Positions 10,155 to 19,477 of a stretch of 64,000 bases of DNA are shown piece after piece. The stretch comes from Hyphomicrobiales bacterium (GTDB lineage: Bacteria; Pseudomonadota; Alphaproteobacteria; Rhizobiales; Xanthobacteraceae). The number at the start of each line of letters is the position of its first letter. The stretch's first letter is position 1. Below the pieces are notes generated by a model that did no database searches, was not told where the DNA came from, and saw only the letters and a program-made list of their open reading frames with translations. Both the position numbers and the translations under genes were made by a program. The stretch covers positions 187,617 through 251,616 of the forward strand of contig JAFKKH010000012.1 of the NCBI GenBank assembly GCA_017305665.1. The letters are read 5' to 3'.

Positions 10155-11288
10155 TTATTCGGAGACCAGATTCTCAAGATGCTCGATCGCGTCGGCAAAA
10201 TCTTCCTTGAATTCCTGCACGACGGCGCCAGCCGATTTGACGCTGTCGATCAGACCGACGCCCTGGCCGACGAAATAGCTGACGAGATCGCGCGCGGCTG
10301 CGTTGCCGGCCGCGGCCGAGCGGTCGATGGAGGCAAAGGCGTCGCGACTGATGATGCTTTGCAGCGGCATCGGCAGGGCACCTGGACTGTCCGGGCCGCG
10401 ATCCCACGCGTCGGTCCAGACCGAGCGCAACTGTCGCGCCGGCTTGCCGGTGCGGCCCTTGGAGCGGATCGCGTCGCGCGAGGAGGCCGCGATCATCTTC
10501 TCGCGGAAGATTTCGGTGGTTTCGGATTCGACCGTCGCGAGCCAGATCGAGCCCGTCCAGGCGCCGGCCGCGCCCATTGCCATGCAGGCCGCCATCTGCC
10601 GCCCGGTCATGATGCCGCCGGCGGCCAGCACCGGCACGTCGCGCATCGGTTTGACGGCTTTGATGACCTCGGGCACCAGCACCATGGTCGAGACCTCGCC
10701 GCAGTGGCCACCGGCCTCGGTGCCCTGCGCGACGAGAATATCAACGCCCGCCGCGACCTGCCGCACGGCATGTTCCTTGGCCCCGACCAGCGCCGCGACC
10801 GGCACGTCGTGCGCCTTGCCCATCTCGATCATGGTTTTGGGCGGCACGCCGAGCGCGTTGGCGATCAGGCGGATCGGGTGCTGGAAGGCGGCATCGAGCA
10901 CGTCGAGCGCGCGCTGGGCGTCGAAGGGCTGCGGCTGGTTGTCGGCGACGTTACGCGTCGTCAGTTCGATGCCGTATTTTTTCAGGAGGTTGCGGGTGAA
11001 ATCCCGATGCTCCGGCGTGATGCGAGCCTCTAAGCTTTTCCAGGTGACGTCCTTTTCACCGGCTGTCGAAATGTTCTCCGGGATCAATACGTCGAGGCCG
11101 TAGGGCTTGCCATCGGCGTGATCGTCGATCCACTTCAGTTCCTGCTCGATGGTCTCGGGAGAGTGCGTGGTCGCGCCGAGCACACCGAAACCGCCGGCGC
11201 GGCTGACGGCTGCGACTACGTCGCGGCAGTGGCTAAACGCCAGCAGCGGGAATTCGATTCCCAGCATGTCGCAGATCGGTGACTTCAT
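10155..11288 (-). CDS. Nitronate monooxygenase / FabK-like FMN-dependent oxidoreductase
   Basis: AQGTEAGGHCG, PVLAAGGI and GAWTGS motifs of the NMO family. Confidence 0.85.
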   Translation of the reverse strand: MKSPICDMLGIEFPLLAFSHCRDVVAAVSRAGGFGVLGATTHSPETIEQELKWIDDHADGKPYGLDVLIPENISTAGEKDVTWKSLEARITPEHRDFTRNLLKKYGIELTTRNVADNQPQPFDAQRALDVLDAAFQHPIRLIANALGVPPKTMIEMGKAHDVPVAALVGAKEHAVRQVAAGVDILVAQGTEAGGHCGEVSTMVLVPEVIKAVKPMRDVPVLAAGGIMTGRQMAACMAMGAAGAWTGSIWLATVESETTEIFREKMIAASSRDAIRSKGRTGKPARQLRSVWTDAWDRGPDSPGALPMPLQSIISRDAFASIDRSAAAGNAAARDLVSYFVGQGVGLIDSVKSAGAVVQEFKEDFADAIEHLENLVSE

Positions 11289-11527
11289 TGCTGTTCCGCT
11301 CCCGAATGCCCGTCTCGATCGGCGGGATATGATCCGGACGCTAGCTCATCGGTGGTACCCTCGCCAAGCTTGAGTTGGCGCCGGACAATGCGCCGGCGGG
11401 CTTGCATTTCCGTGACGCAAAATATGCACGCGTATGCGGCGCCTTTGCCTCTTGCGCTTTTATCGCGTGGGTTGAATGCTGCGCTTGAAGCGTTCGGCGA
11501 AACGTGATCGATCGGGAGACCAGCTTG

Positions 11528-13201
11528 ATGTCGGTGCCACAGCCACATTCCGCGAAACATGGCGATGCCAGCCGTAATTCTTACGATGTCGTGATCGTCG
11601 GCGCGGGTTTTGCCGGGATGTATATGCTGCATCGGCTGCGCGGGCTCGGACTCTCCGCACGGGTGTTCGAGCAGGGCAGCGATGTCGGCGGTACCTGGTA
11701 CTGGAATCGCTACCCCGGCGCGCGCTGCGATGTCGAGAGCATGCAATATTCCTATTCGTTCGACGATAAGCTGCAGCAGGAATGGGATTGGAGCGAGCGT
11801 TATGCGCCGCAGCCCGAAATCCTGAAATATGCCCAGCATGTGGCGGACCGTTTCAATCTCCGGTCCGACATCGCGTTCAATATCCGTGTCGAGTCCGCGA
11901 CGTTCGACGAGATCGCCAACACGTGGTCGGTCACGACCTCCGACGAAAAAACAGTCACGGCGAAATACGTGGTCCTCGCCACCGGCTGCCTGTCCAATGC
12001 GCGAATGCCTGACTTCAAGGGCCTGAAGGACTTCAAGGGCGAGGTCTATCACACCGGACACTGGCCGCATCATCCGGTCGATTTCACCGGCAAGCGCGTT
12101 GGCGTGATCGGGACGGGCTCGTCTGCGATCCAGTCGATTCCGGTGATTGCGGAAAAGGCGAAGCACGTCACCGTGTTCCAGCGCACGGCGAATTTCAGCA
12201 TCCCGGCGCGCAACGGTTTATTGACCGCCGAGGAACGGCAATCGTTTCGGCACAACTACCCGGAGATCCGTCGCAAGGCGCGCGAGGAGATGCGCAACGG
12301 CATCTGGCAGGAATTACCCGATCGCGGCGCGCTCGACGATGGCGACAACGAGCGCCGGGCGAAATACGAAACGCGATGGACCAAAGGTGGTCTGACATTC
12401 ACCGCCACCTACAACAATATCGCGCTGGACAAGGCCGCCAACGATACCGCTGCTGATTTTGTGCGCGACAAGATCGCCGAGATCGTCAAGGACCCGGCGA
12501 CCGCCCGGTTGCTGCAGCCGAACGATCACCCGATCGGTTCGAAGCGGATATGTGTCGATACGGAGTACTACGCGACGTTCAATCGGCCCAACGTGACGCT
12601 GGTCGATGTGAAGTCCGCGCCGATCGAGGAGATCCTGCCGAACGGCTTGCGCACGGGTGGCAAGGTGTATGAGTTCGACACGCTGGTGCTGGCGACCGGT
12701 TTCGATGCCATGACCGGATCGGTCGCGAAAATCGACATCAGGGGCCGGGACGGGCAGACGCTCAATGACAAGTGGGCCGCCGGTCCGCGCACCTATCTCG
12801 GCCTGATGAGCGAGGGTTTTCCGAATCTGTTCGTCATCACCGGCCCCGGCAGTCCGTCGGTGCTGAGCAACATGATCGTGTCGATCGAGCAGCACGTCGA
12901 CTGGATCGCTGATTGCCTCGGCTACATGCGGGATCGCGGCTTTGAGGTTATGGAGGCGAAGAGGGATGCCGAGGATAAATGGGTCGATCACGTCAACGAG
13001 GTGGCCCACGGCACGCTCTATCCGCAGGCCAATTCCTGGTACATGGGCGCGAACATTCCCGGCAAGCCGCGCATTTTCATGCCCTATATCGGAGGCGTCG
13101 GCGCCTACCGGCAGATTTGCAACGACGTCGCCGCCAAGGGCTATGAGGGGTTTGTGCTAGCGGCGACGGAGAGGCCGCGAGTGGCGGCGTCCAGCGTATA
13201 G
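11528..13201 (+). CDS. Type I Baeyer-Villiger monooxygenase (CHMO/PAMO-like)
   Basis: GAGFAG, GGTWYWNRYPGARCD, FKGEVYHTGHWP fingerprint (FxGxxxHxxxWP), second Rossmann GTGSS, catalytic Arg in KRIC; RBS GGGAGA before 11528. Confidence 0.93.
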   Translation: MSVPQPHSAKHGDASRNSYDVVIVGAGFAGMYMLHRLRGLGLSARVFEQGSDVGGTWYWNRYPGARCDVESMQYSYSFDDKLQQEWDWSERYAPQPEILKYAQHVADRFNLRSDIAFNIRVESATFDEIANTWSVTTSDEKTVTAKYVVLATGCLSNARMPDFKGLKDFKGEVYHTGHWPHHPVDFTGKRVGVIGTGSSAIQSIPVIAEKAKHVTVFQRTANFSIPARNGLLTAEERQSFRHNYPEIRRKAREEMRNGIWQELPDRGALDDGDNERRAKYETRWTKGGLTFTATYNNIALDKAANDTAADFVRDKIAEIVKDPATARLLQPNDHPIGSKRICVDTEYYATFNRPNVTLVDVKSAPIEEILPNGLRTGGKVYEFDTLVLATGFDAMTGSVAKIDIRGRDGQTLNDKWAAGPRTYLGLMSEGFPNLFVITGPGSPSVLSNMIVSIEQHVDWIADCLGYMRDRGFEVMEAKRDAEDKWVDHVNEVAHGTLYPQANSWYMGANIPGKPRIFMPYIGGVGAYRQICNDVAAKGYEGFVLAATERPRVAASSV

Positions 13202-13218
13202 CCATCCACGTGCAATGG

Positions 13219-13353
13219 CGTCATCCTGAGGTGCCGTCGCTCTTGCGGCAGCCTTGAAGGATGGCCGCAAGCGATGAACATGCATCCTTCGACGCTCGCC
13301 GAAGCCGGCGAGCGCCTCCAGCGACAACGGCAAGCCGTTGCGCGAGGATGACG
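13219..13353. repeat. CGTC-tagged REP/MITE-like palindromic element, family A
   Basis: CGTCATCCTGAGG...GAGGATGACG termini, internal GAAGGATG/CATCCTTCGA pair and an extra CAACGG-CAAG-CCGTTG hairpin; between convergent genes; similar copies at 17108 and 25387. Confidence 0.85.
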
Positions 13354-13371
13354 ATCTGGTCGAGGCGAGCC

Positions 13372-14151
13372 TCAAAACGCCGTATAGCCGCCGTCGATCA
13401 CGAAGGTATCGGCGGTGTGATAGGACGACGCCTTGCTCATGAGATAGACGGCGATACCACCGAAATCCGCCGGGTCGCCGAAACGGCGCATCGGAATGCG
13501 CGGCATGACATTGGCGACGAACTTGTCGTTGGCCATGATGCCGGCCGTCATTTCGCTCTTGATCCAGCCCGGCAGGATGGCGTTCGCGGTAACGCCATGG
13601 CGCGCGAGCTCCACCGCGAGCGCGCGGACCAGCGCATTGATCGCGGCCTTGGTTGCGGCATAGTGCTCGTTGCGGGCGGTGCCGAACAGCGAGGCGAGGC
13701 TGGAGGTCGCGACGAGGCGGCCGAACGCATCGCCCGCATTGGCGCGCTCGGTCATGTGGCGCGCGGCGGCTTGAAAGACGTGAAACACGCCGTCGAGATT
13801 GGTCGCAAACATCGTGCGCCATTGCTCTTCGGTGCGGTCGATGAAGGCGTGCCGGCCTCCGCCGCCGATCCCGGCATTGGCAAAGCAGCCGTCGATCCGG
13901 CCGAAGGTATCGAGCGTCGCCGCCATCGCCGCCTTGACGGAGGCAGCGTCGCTGACGTCGCAAATCCGCGTGTCCACCTTGCCCGGCGCGCCCGCCATGG
14001 TCGCCGCGGCGGCCTTGTTCTTGTCGGCGTTGCGGCCCCAGATCGAGACGTTGCAGCCGGCTGTTGCGAGAGCCTGCGCGATGCCGAGGCCGATGCCGCC
14101 GTTGCCGCCGGTGATGACTGCCGTGCGGCCGCTGAGGTCGAAAATGCTCAT
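13372..14151 (-). CDS. Short-chain dehydrogenase/reductase (3-oxoacyl reductase-like)
   Basis: TGGNGGIG, ANAG, YAATK catalytic motif, NAILPGWI; start MSIFDLSG at 14151. Confidence 0.92.
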   Translation of the reverse strand: MSIFDLSGRTAVITGGNGGIGLGIAQALATAGCNVSIWGRNADKNKAAAATMAGAPGKVDTRICDVSDAASVKAAMAATLDTFGRIDGCFANAGIGGGGRHAFIDRTEEQWRTMFATNLDGVFHVFQAAARHMTERANAGDAFGRLVATSSLASLFGTARNEHYAATKAAINALVRALAVELARHGVTANAILPGWIKSEMTAGIMANDKFVANVMPRIPMRRFGDPADFGGIAVYLMSKASSYHTADTFVIDGGYTAF

Positions 14152-14197
14152 GAGATGCTGTCCCGTCGTTTGCCTGAGAATGACCTTGGCCAACCGG

Positions 14198-14211
14198 TTG
14201 AGAAAAATCAA
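14198..14211. promoter_or_regulatory. FNR/FixK-like box candidate
   Basis: TTGAGAAAAATCAA fits TTGA-N6-TCAA; between the divergent SDR and PaaI genes. Confidence 0.35.
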
Positions 14212-14299
14212 CGTAGGCCGGGATGGGCCTTTCGCGATCTGAACTTTTGAACTAGGTCGAAGCGAAACGTCGCCGGGCAGGGCAGGCCTTCCGGCGGAT

Positions 14300-14803
14300 A
14301 TGGACGGAGACGATGTGATGGGGAAAGTCCCGGACGGCGGACAAGGCGAGCCCGATCTCAAACCGGCCGATCCCGCCTTCGAGCAGCGCGTTCGTGACAG
14401 CTTCGCACGGCAGACGGCGATGGCGACGCTCGGAATCCGGCTCGAAAGCGTTGAGCCGGGCGTAGTCGAGATGACGATGCCGTTCGATCCGGCGCTGACG
14501 CAGCAGCACGGCTTTATCCATGCAGGAATCCTGACGGCGGGAATGGATAGCGCGTGCGGCTATGCGGCATTTTCCCTCATGCCGGCTGACGCGGCCGTCC
14601 TGACGGTCGAGTTCAAGACCAATTTGCTGGCTCCTGCGAAGGGCGACCGCTTCCTGTTTCGGGGGCGTGTTCTGAAGCCGGGACGGACCCTGACGGTTTG
14701 CGAGGGGCAGGCCTTTGCAATGACGGGGAGCAGCCGAAGGCTCGTTGCAACCATGACCGGCACGCTGATGGCGCTGTTCGACCGCGGAGGCATCGCGCAC
14801 TGA
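14300..14803 (+). CDS. PaaI-family (hotdog fold) thioesterase; start may be 14315 or 14318
   Basis: QQHGFIHAGILTAGMDSACGYA and VLTVEFKTNLLAPA motifs. Confidence 0.88.
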   Translation: MDGDDVMGKVPDGGQGEPDLKPADPAFEQRVRDSFARQTAMATLGIRLESVEPGVVEMTMPFDPALTQQHGFIHAGILTAGMDSACGYAAFSLMPADAAVLTVEFKTNLLAPAKGDRFLFRGRVLKPGRTLTVCEGQAFAMTGSSRRLVATMTGTLMALFDRGGIAH

Positions 14804-14907
14804 ATGCCCCGATGACCTCCAACGAGGTTGACGGCGGAAGGAGGAGTCTGAGAATAGGGCCGACAACAGCCGCCGTCCCGCGCGGCCAACAACATAAGAG
14901 GACGTCC

Positions 14908-15699
14908 ATGCAGTTCAAACACGTCACGCTTGATATCGACGGTGCCGTCGCCGTCCTGAAGCTCGACCATCAGGAAGTGATGAACGCGGTCTCCATGGAC
15001 ATGCTCGGCGGTCTCAGCGAGGCGCTGGATGCGATCGAGGACCGCCGCGACGAGGTACGCTGCCTGGTGTTGACCGGCGCGGGGCGGGCGTTCTGCACCG
15101 GCGCCAACCTGCAGGGCCGCAACAACCAGACACCCGGCAAGAGCAATGCGGGTCAATCGCTCGAAGTCGGATTTCATCCGTTCCTGCGCCGCCTGCGCAA
15201 CCTGCATTGTCCGATCGTCACCGCCGTGAATGGACCCGCGGCCGGCGCCGGAATGAGCTTTGCGCTGATGGGCGACATGATCCTGTGCGCGCGTTCGTCG
15301 TATTTTCTGCAGGCGTTCCGCCGTATCGGCCTCGTGCCGGACTGCGGCTCCACGTGGCTGCTGCCGCGCATGGTCGGCAAGGCGCGCTCGGTTGAGCTGT
15401 CGCTGATGGGCGAGCGGCTTCCGGCCGAGAAGGCGCTGGAATGGGGACTCGTCAACCGAGTATACGACGACGCCGCGCTGATGAACGAGGCGATGAAGCT
15501 CGCGCACGAGCTCGCCAACGGTCCGACCGTGGCGCTGTCGCTGATCCGGAAGCTCTACTGGGACAGCTCCGAGAACACGTTCGAGGATCAGCTCAACCTT
15601 GAATTCCAGTCGCAGCGTCTGGCCGGCCGGACATCGGACTTCAAGGAAGGCGTGACGGCCTTCCTCGAAAAGCGCCCTGCAAAGTTCACGGGCAAATAA
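14908..15699 (+). CDS. Crotonase-family protein, PaaG-like isomerase type
   Basis: AFCTGANL, AVNGPAAGAG; both canonical hydratase Glu positions replaced (GMSF, QAF) and Asp present in GLVPDCG; RBS GAGG. Confidence 0.85.
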   Translation: MQFKHVTLDIDGAVAVLKLDHQEVMNAVSMDMLGGLSEALDAIEDRRDEVRCLVLTGAGRAFCTGANLQGRNNQTPGKSNAGQSLEVGFHPFLRRLRNLHCPIVTAVNGPAAGAGMSFALMGDMILCARSSYFLQAFRRIGLVPDCGSTWLLPRMVGKARSVELSLMGERLPAEKALEWGLVNRVYDDAALMNEAMKLAHELANGPTVALSLIRKLYWDSSENTFEDQLNLEFQSQRLAGRTSDFKEGVTAFLEKRPAKFTGK

Positions 15700-15705
15700 G
15701 CCGCG

Positions 15706-16692
15706 ATGACGACGGAGGAACGGCTCGGCCATTGTGTCGGCACGTGGTTTCCGGGCGCGACCGGCATCGAGAACGCGAGGCGGTTATCCGGCGGCGCGAG
15801 CCAGGAGACCTGGTCGTTCGATATCGTGCATCCCGACGGCGTGACCGGCGCGATCCTGCGCCGCGCGCCGGAAGGTTATGGCGCCGCGCCCGAGCGCGCG
15901 GCAGGATTGCCTGCCGAAGCCGTGCTGATGCAGCGCGCGTATGAGGCCGGCGTGCCGTCGCCGCGCGTGCTGCACGTGCTGGTTCCCGAGGATGGCCTCG
16001 CGACTGGCTTCATCATGGATCGTGTCGCGGGCGAAACCATCCCGCGCAAGATTCTTCGCGATGACGAGTTCGCCACCGCGCGGCCCAAGCTGGCGCGACA
16101 GCTCGGCAAGGTGCTGGCTGACATCCACGGTTTGCCGCTGGCGCAACTGCCTGAACTTCGCCGCATGACTGCGGCGGCCGAAATCGCCGAACTGGACCGC
16201 GACTATCGCGCCTTCAGCGGGCCGCGACCGGTGTTCGAGCTGGCGCTGAAATGGTTGCGCGACAACGATCCCGGTCCATCCGCGGAAGTTACCTTGGTGC
16301 ATGGCGACTTCCGCCACGGCAATCTCATCATCGGTTCCGATGGCATCCGCGCGGTGCTGGACTGGGAGCTCGCGCATCTTGGCGATCCCATGGAAGACCT
16401 CGGCTGGATCTGCGTGAACTCGTGGCGGTTCGGTGAGATTGACAAGCCGGTCGGCGGCTTTGGCACGCGCGAGGAGTTGTTCGCAGGCTACGAAGCGGCG
16501 GGCCGTCGCGCTGATCCAGCGCGAGTGATGTTCTGGGAGGTGATGGGCACGCTGCGCTGGGGCGTGATGTGCTGCGGAATGATGCAGCGTTTCCGTACCT
16601 CGCCGGAGCGTTCGATCGAACGCGCGATGATCGGGCGGCGCTCATCGGAAACCGAAATCGATCTGCTGCGCCTGCTGGCGCCGCGAACCTGA
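15706..16692 (+). CDS. lvaA: APH-family phosphotransferase, LvaA-like (4-hydroxyacyl-CoA kinase candidate)
   Basis: RLSGGASQETW, HGDFRHGN catalytic loop, LDWELAHLGDPMEDLGW, WRF, FWEVMGTLRW, resembling P. putida LvaA as I recall it; followed by a DUF6285 gene. Confidence 0.72.
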   Translation: MTTEERLGHCVGTWFPGATGIENARRLSGGASQETWSFDIVHPDGVTGAILRRAPEGYGAAPERAAGLPAEAVLMQRAYEAGVPSPRVLHVLVPEDGLATGFIMDRVAGETIPRKILRDDEFATARPKLARQLGKVLADIHGLPLAQLPELRRMTAAAEIAELDRDYRAFSGPRPVFELALKWLRDNDPGPSAEVTLVHGDFRHGNLIIGSDGIRAVLDWELAHLGDPMEDLGWICVNSWRFGEIDKPVGGFGTREELFAGYEAAGRRADPARVMFWEVMGTLRWGVMCCGMMQRFRTSPERSIERAMIGRRSSETEIDLLRLLAPRT

Positions 16693-16716
16693 GACCGGGC
16701 AGGGAAGGAGAATGCC

Positions 16717-17118
16717 ATGCAGGATGATCCGACACCTCGCGAATTGATCGGAGCGGCCGCGGATTTCCTGCGCAATGAGATCATGCCGCAGATGAAGGGA
16801 CACAGCGCCTTCAAGTTGCGGGTGAGCATCAATGCATTGGATCTGGTCGCGCGGCAATTAGCTCTCGAGCCTGCGAGCGATGCGGCCGAAGCCGCGCGTC
16901 TCACAAAATTGCTTGGCCGCGATGGATCGCTCGCCGATCTCAACCGCGCGCTGGCCGAAGGCATCGCAAAAGGCAAGCTTGATCTCGAGACGTTAGGCGT
17001 CCGCGATCACTTGTGGCAGACCACGCTGGACAAACTCGCGATCGATCAGCCGAACTACGGAAGCTATAAAAGGGAGATGGAGGAAGCGAACGTTTCTGCA
17101 AAGGCACCGTCATCCTGA
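16717..17118 (+). CDS. lvaB: DUF6285 / LvaB-like small helical partner of the phosphotransferase
   Basis: PTPRELI, EAARLTKLL, LADLNRALA, TTLDKLAIDQP pattern; directly downstream of the LvaA-like gene; RBS GGAG. Confidence 0.7.
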   Translation: MQDDPTPRELIGAAADFLRNEIMPQMKGHSAFKLRVSINALDLVARQLALEPASDAAEAARLTKLLGRDGSLADLNRALAEGIAKGKLDLETLGVRDHLWQTTLDKLAIDQPNYGSYKREMEEANVSAKAPSS

Positions 17119-17209
17119 GGTGCGAGTGATCGCGCGCCTCGACGGATGGCGACGAGGAAACTGTCATCCTTCGAGGCTCGCCCAAATGGGCTCGCACCTC
17201 AGGATGACG
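17108..17209. repeat. CGTC-tagged REP/MITE-like element, family A
   Basis: CGTCATCCTGAGGTGCGAG...CTCGCACCTCAGGATGACG long terminal inverted repeat; contains the TGA stop of the DUF6285 gene. Confidence 0.88.
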
Positions 17210-17227
17210 AACGCGGTTGGAGATAAC

Positions 17228-18007
17228 TCACTTCCCCAGCCACTTCGGCGGGCGCTTCTCGGAAAACGCCTTCGGGCCCTCGATGTAGTCCTGCGAGGCG
17301 GCCATGGCCGTCACTGCCGGATAGTCGCGCTGCTCGGTGATCGCCTGTTCCAGTGACACCGCCATGCCCATCCGGATCGCCTGCTTGGAAGCGCGGATCG
17401 ACATCGGGCTGTTCTGGCAGATCGTCTCGGCCCAACGCTCTGCCGCGGCGAGCGCTTCACCTTGCGGCACCACTTCGTTGACGAAGCCGAGCTCGAGTCC
17501 CTCGCGCGCTTTCACATGTCGCGCGGTCAGGATCATGCCCATCGCGCGCTTCAGTCCGATCTGGCGTGGCAGCCGCTGCAGGCCGCCGGCAAGCGCGGCA
17601 AGGCCGACGTGCGGCTCGGGCAGGGCGAAGGTGGCGTTCTCCGAGGCGATGATGAGATCGCAGGCCAGCGCGATCTCGAACCCGCCGCCCATGGCGACGC
17701 CGTTGACCGCGGCGATGATCGGCTTGTCACAATCGAAACGCGAGGTGAGCCCCGCGAAGCCGCCCTTGTCCCAGCCCTTCTTGCCGCCGGCGGCCTGCCA
17801 CTTCAGGTCGTTGCCGGCACAGAACGCCTTGTCACCTGCGCCGGTGACGATGGCCACCCACTGGTCCGGGTCGGCAGTGAACTCGTCGAATACCTTGTTG
17901 AGCTCGAAATGCGCGTCGATATGCAGCGCGTTGTAGACCTCCGGGCGCGACAGCGTCACGATTGTGATTGGGCCCTTGCGTGTAACCTTGGAGAATTGCA
18001 GCGCCAT
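17228..18007 (-). CDS. Enoyl-CoA hydratase (CaiD-like)
   Basis: AFCAGNDL, GGGFEIAL and LPEPHVG with both catalytic Glu retained. Confidence 0.9.
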   Translation of the reverse strand: MALQFSKVTRKGPITIVTLSRPEVYNALHIDAHFELNKVFDEFTADPDQWVAIVTGAGDKAFCAGNDLKWQAAGGKKGWDKGGFAGLTSRFDCDKPIIAAVNGVAMGGGFEIALACDLIIASENATFALPEPHVGLAALAGGLQRLPRQIGLKRAMGMILTARHVKAREGLELGFVNEVVPQGEALAAAERWAETICQNSPMSIRASKQAIRMGMAVSLEQAITEQRDYPAVTAMAASQDYIEGPKAFSEKRPPKWLGK

Positions 18008-18202
18008 GTTCGCTCCCGTTGGTGTTGTTTTCGCGACGAGGAATATCCGGATTTGATCCTAGCGGACGCGACCCGGATGTTGCCATCCAAATACGCAGGT
18101 CACCGCTGTCGGGCAAGGGCCATCCGCTTGCTTGACTCGCTATGAGCTTGCCACCTTAATCGCGACAGCGACCGTAAAAACCATAATATCGGGAGTCTCG
18201 CC

Positions 18203-19477
18203 TTGGATTTTTCCCTGCCCGCCGATCTTGTCGCGTATCTCGCCGAGCTGGACCGCTTCATCGCCACGACGATCAAGCCGCTTGAAGAGCAGGACGACAA
18301 CATCCGCTTCTTCGATCACCGGCGCGAATGGGCGCGCACGGATTTCGACAACGGCGGCCTGCCGCGCCATGAATGGGAAGCGTTGCTGCGTAAGGTCAAG
18401 GATCTCGCTGACGCCGCCGGCCATCTGCGCTTCGCGATCCCGAAGCGCTATGGCGGGAAGGATGGCTCCAATCTCTGGATGGCCGTGATCCGCGAACATT
18501 TTGCGACCAAGGGCCTCGGCCTGCACAACGATTTGCAGAACGAGCATTCGATCGTCGGAAATCTCCCGATCGTCACCATGCTTGATCGTTACGGCCGCGA
18601 CGACCAGAAGGCGATGATCGAGGGATCGATCACCGGCAAATACCGCATCACCTTCGGACTGACCGAACCGGACCATGGTTCCGATGCCACCCATATGGAA
18701 ACTCGTGCGGTGCAGGCGACCCGCGACGGCAAGTCCGGCTGGGTCATCAATGGCGAGAAGATGTGGACCACCGGCATGCATATCGCATCCCACTGCGCGC
18801 TGTTCGCGCGTACCTCGGGCAACGACGGCGATGCGCGCGGCATCACCTGTTTTCTCGTGCCGGCGAACAGCAAGGGTGTGAAGGTCGAGGAATATATGTG
18901 GACCTTCAACATGCCGACCGACCATCCTCGCGTCAGTTTCACCGATGTGTTCGTGCCTGATGATGCGCTGTTCGGTGAGATCGGGCGGGGCCTGTCGCTC
19001 GCGCAGTGCTTTGTGCATGAGAACCGCATCCGGCAGGCGGCGAGTTCGCTCGGCGCCGCCGTCTATTGCATCAATGAGAGCGTGAAATATGCGCGCGAGC
19101 GAAAGCCGTTCGGCGAGGAACTGGCGCGCAATCAGGGCATTCAGTTTCCGCTTGTCGAACTCGCGACGCAGGCCGAGATGCTGCGGCTCCTGATCCGCAA
19201 GACCGCCTGGGAAATGGATCAGCTCACCCAGGCGCAGGTCGAACACACGCTGTCGGACAAGGTCTCAATGTGCAACTACTGGGCGAACCGGCTGTGCTGC
19301 GAGGCGGCCGACCGCGCGATGCAGGTGCACGGCGGTATGGGCTATTCGCGCCACAAGCCGTTCGAACACATCTACCGCCACCATCGCCGCTATCGCATCA
19401 CCGAAGGCAGCGAGGAAATCCAGAAGCGCAAGGTCGCCGGATTCCTGTTCGGCTACATGGGGGCGGGGAAGCATTGA
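18203..19477 (+). CDS. Acyl-CoA dehydrogenase (TTG start)
   Basis: FGLTEPDHGSD, INGEKMWTTG, QVHGGMGY, RITEGSEEI motifs. Confidence 0.92.
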   Translation: MDFSLPADLVAYLAELDRFIATTIKPLEEQDDNIRFFDHRREWARTDFDNGGLPRHEWEALLRKVKDLADAAGHLRFAIPKRYGGKDGSNLWMAVIREHFATKGLGLHNDLQNEHSIVGNLPIVTMLDRYGRDDQKAMIEGSITGKYRITFGLTEPDHGSDATHMETRAVQATRDGKSGWVINGEKMWTTGMHIASHCALFARTSGNDGDARGITCFLVPANSKGVKVEEYMWTFNMPTDHPRVSFTDVFVPDDALFGEIGRGLSLAQCFVHENRIRQAASSLGAAVYCINESVKYARERKPFGEELARNQGIQFPLVELATQAEMLRLLIRKTAWEMDQLTQAQVEHTLSDKVSMCNYWANRLCCEAADRAMQVHGGMGYSRHKPFEHIYRHHRRYRITEGSEEIQKRKVAGFLFGYMGAGKH

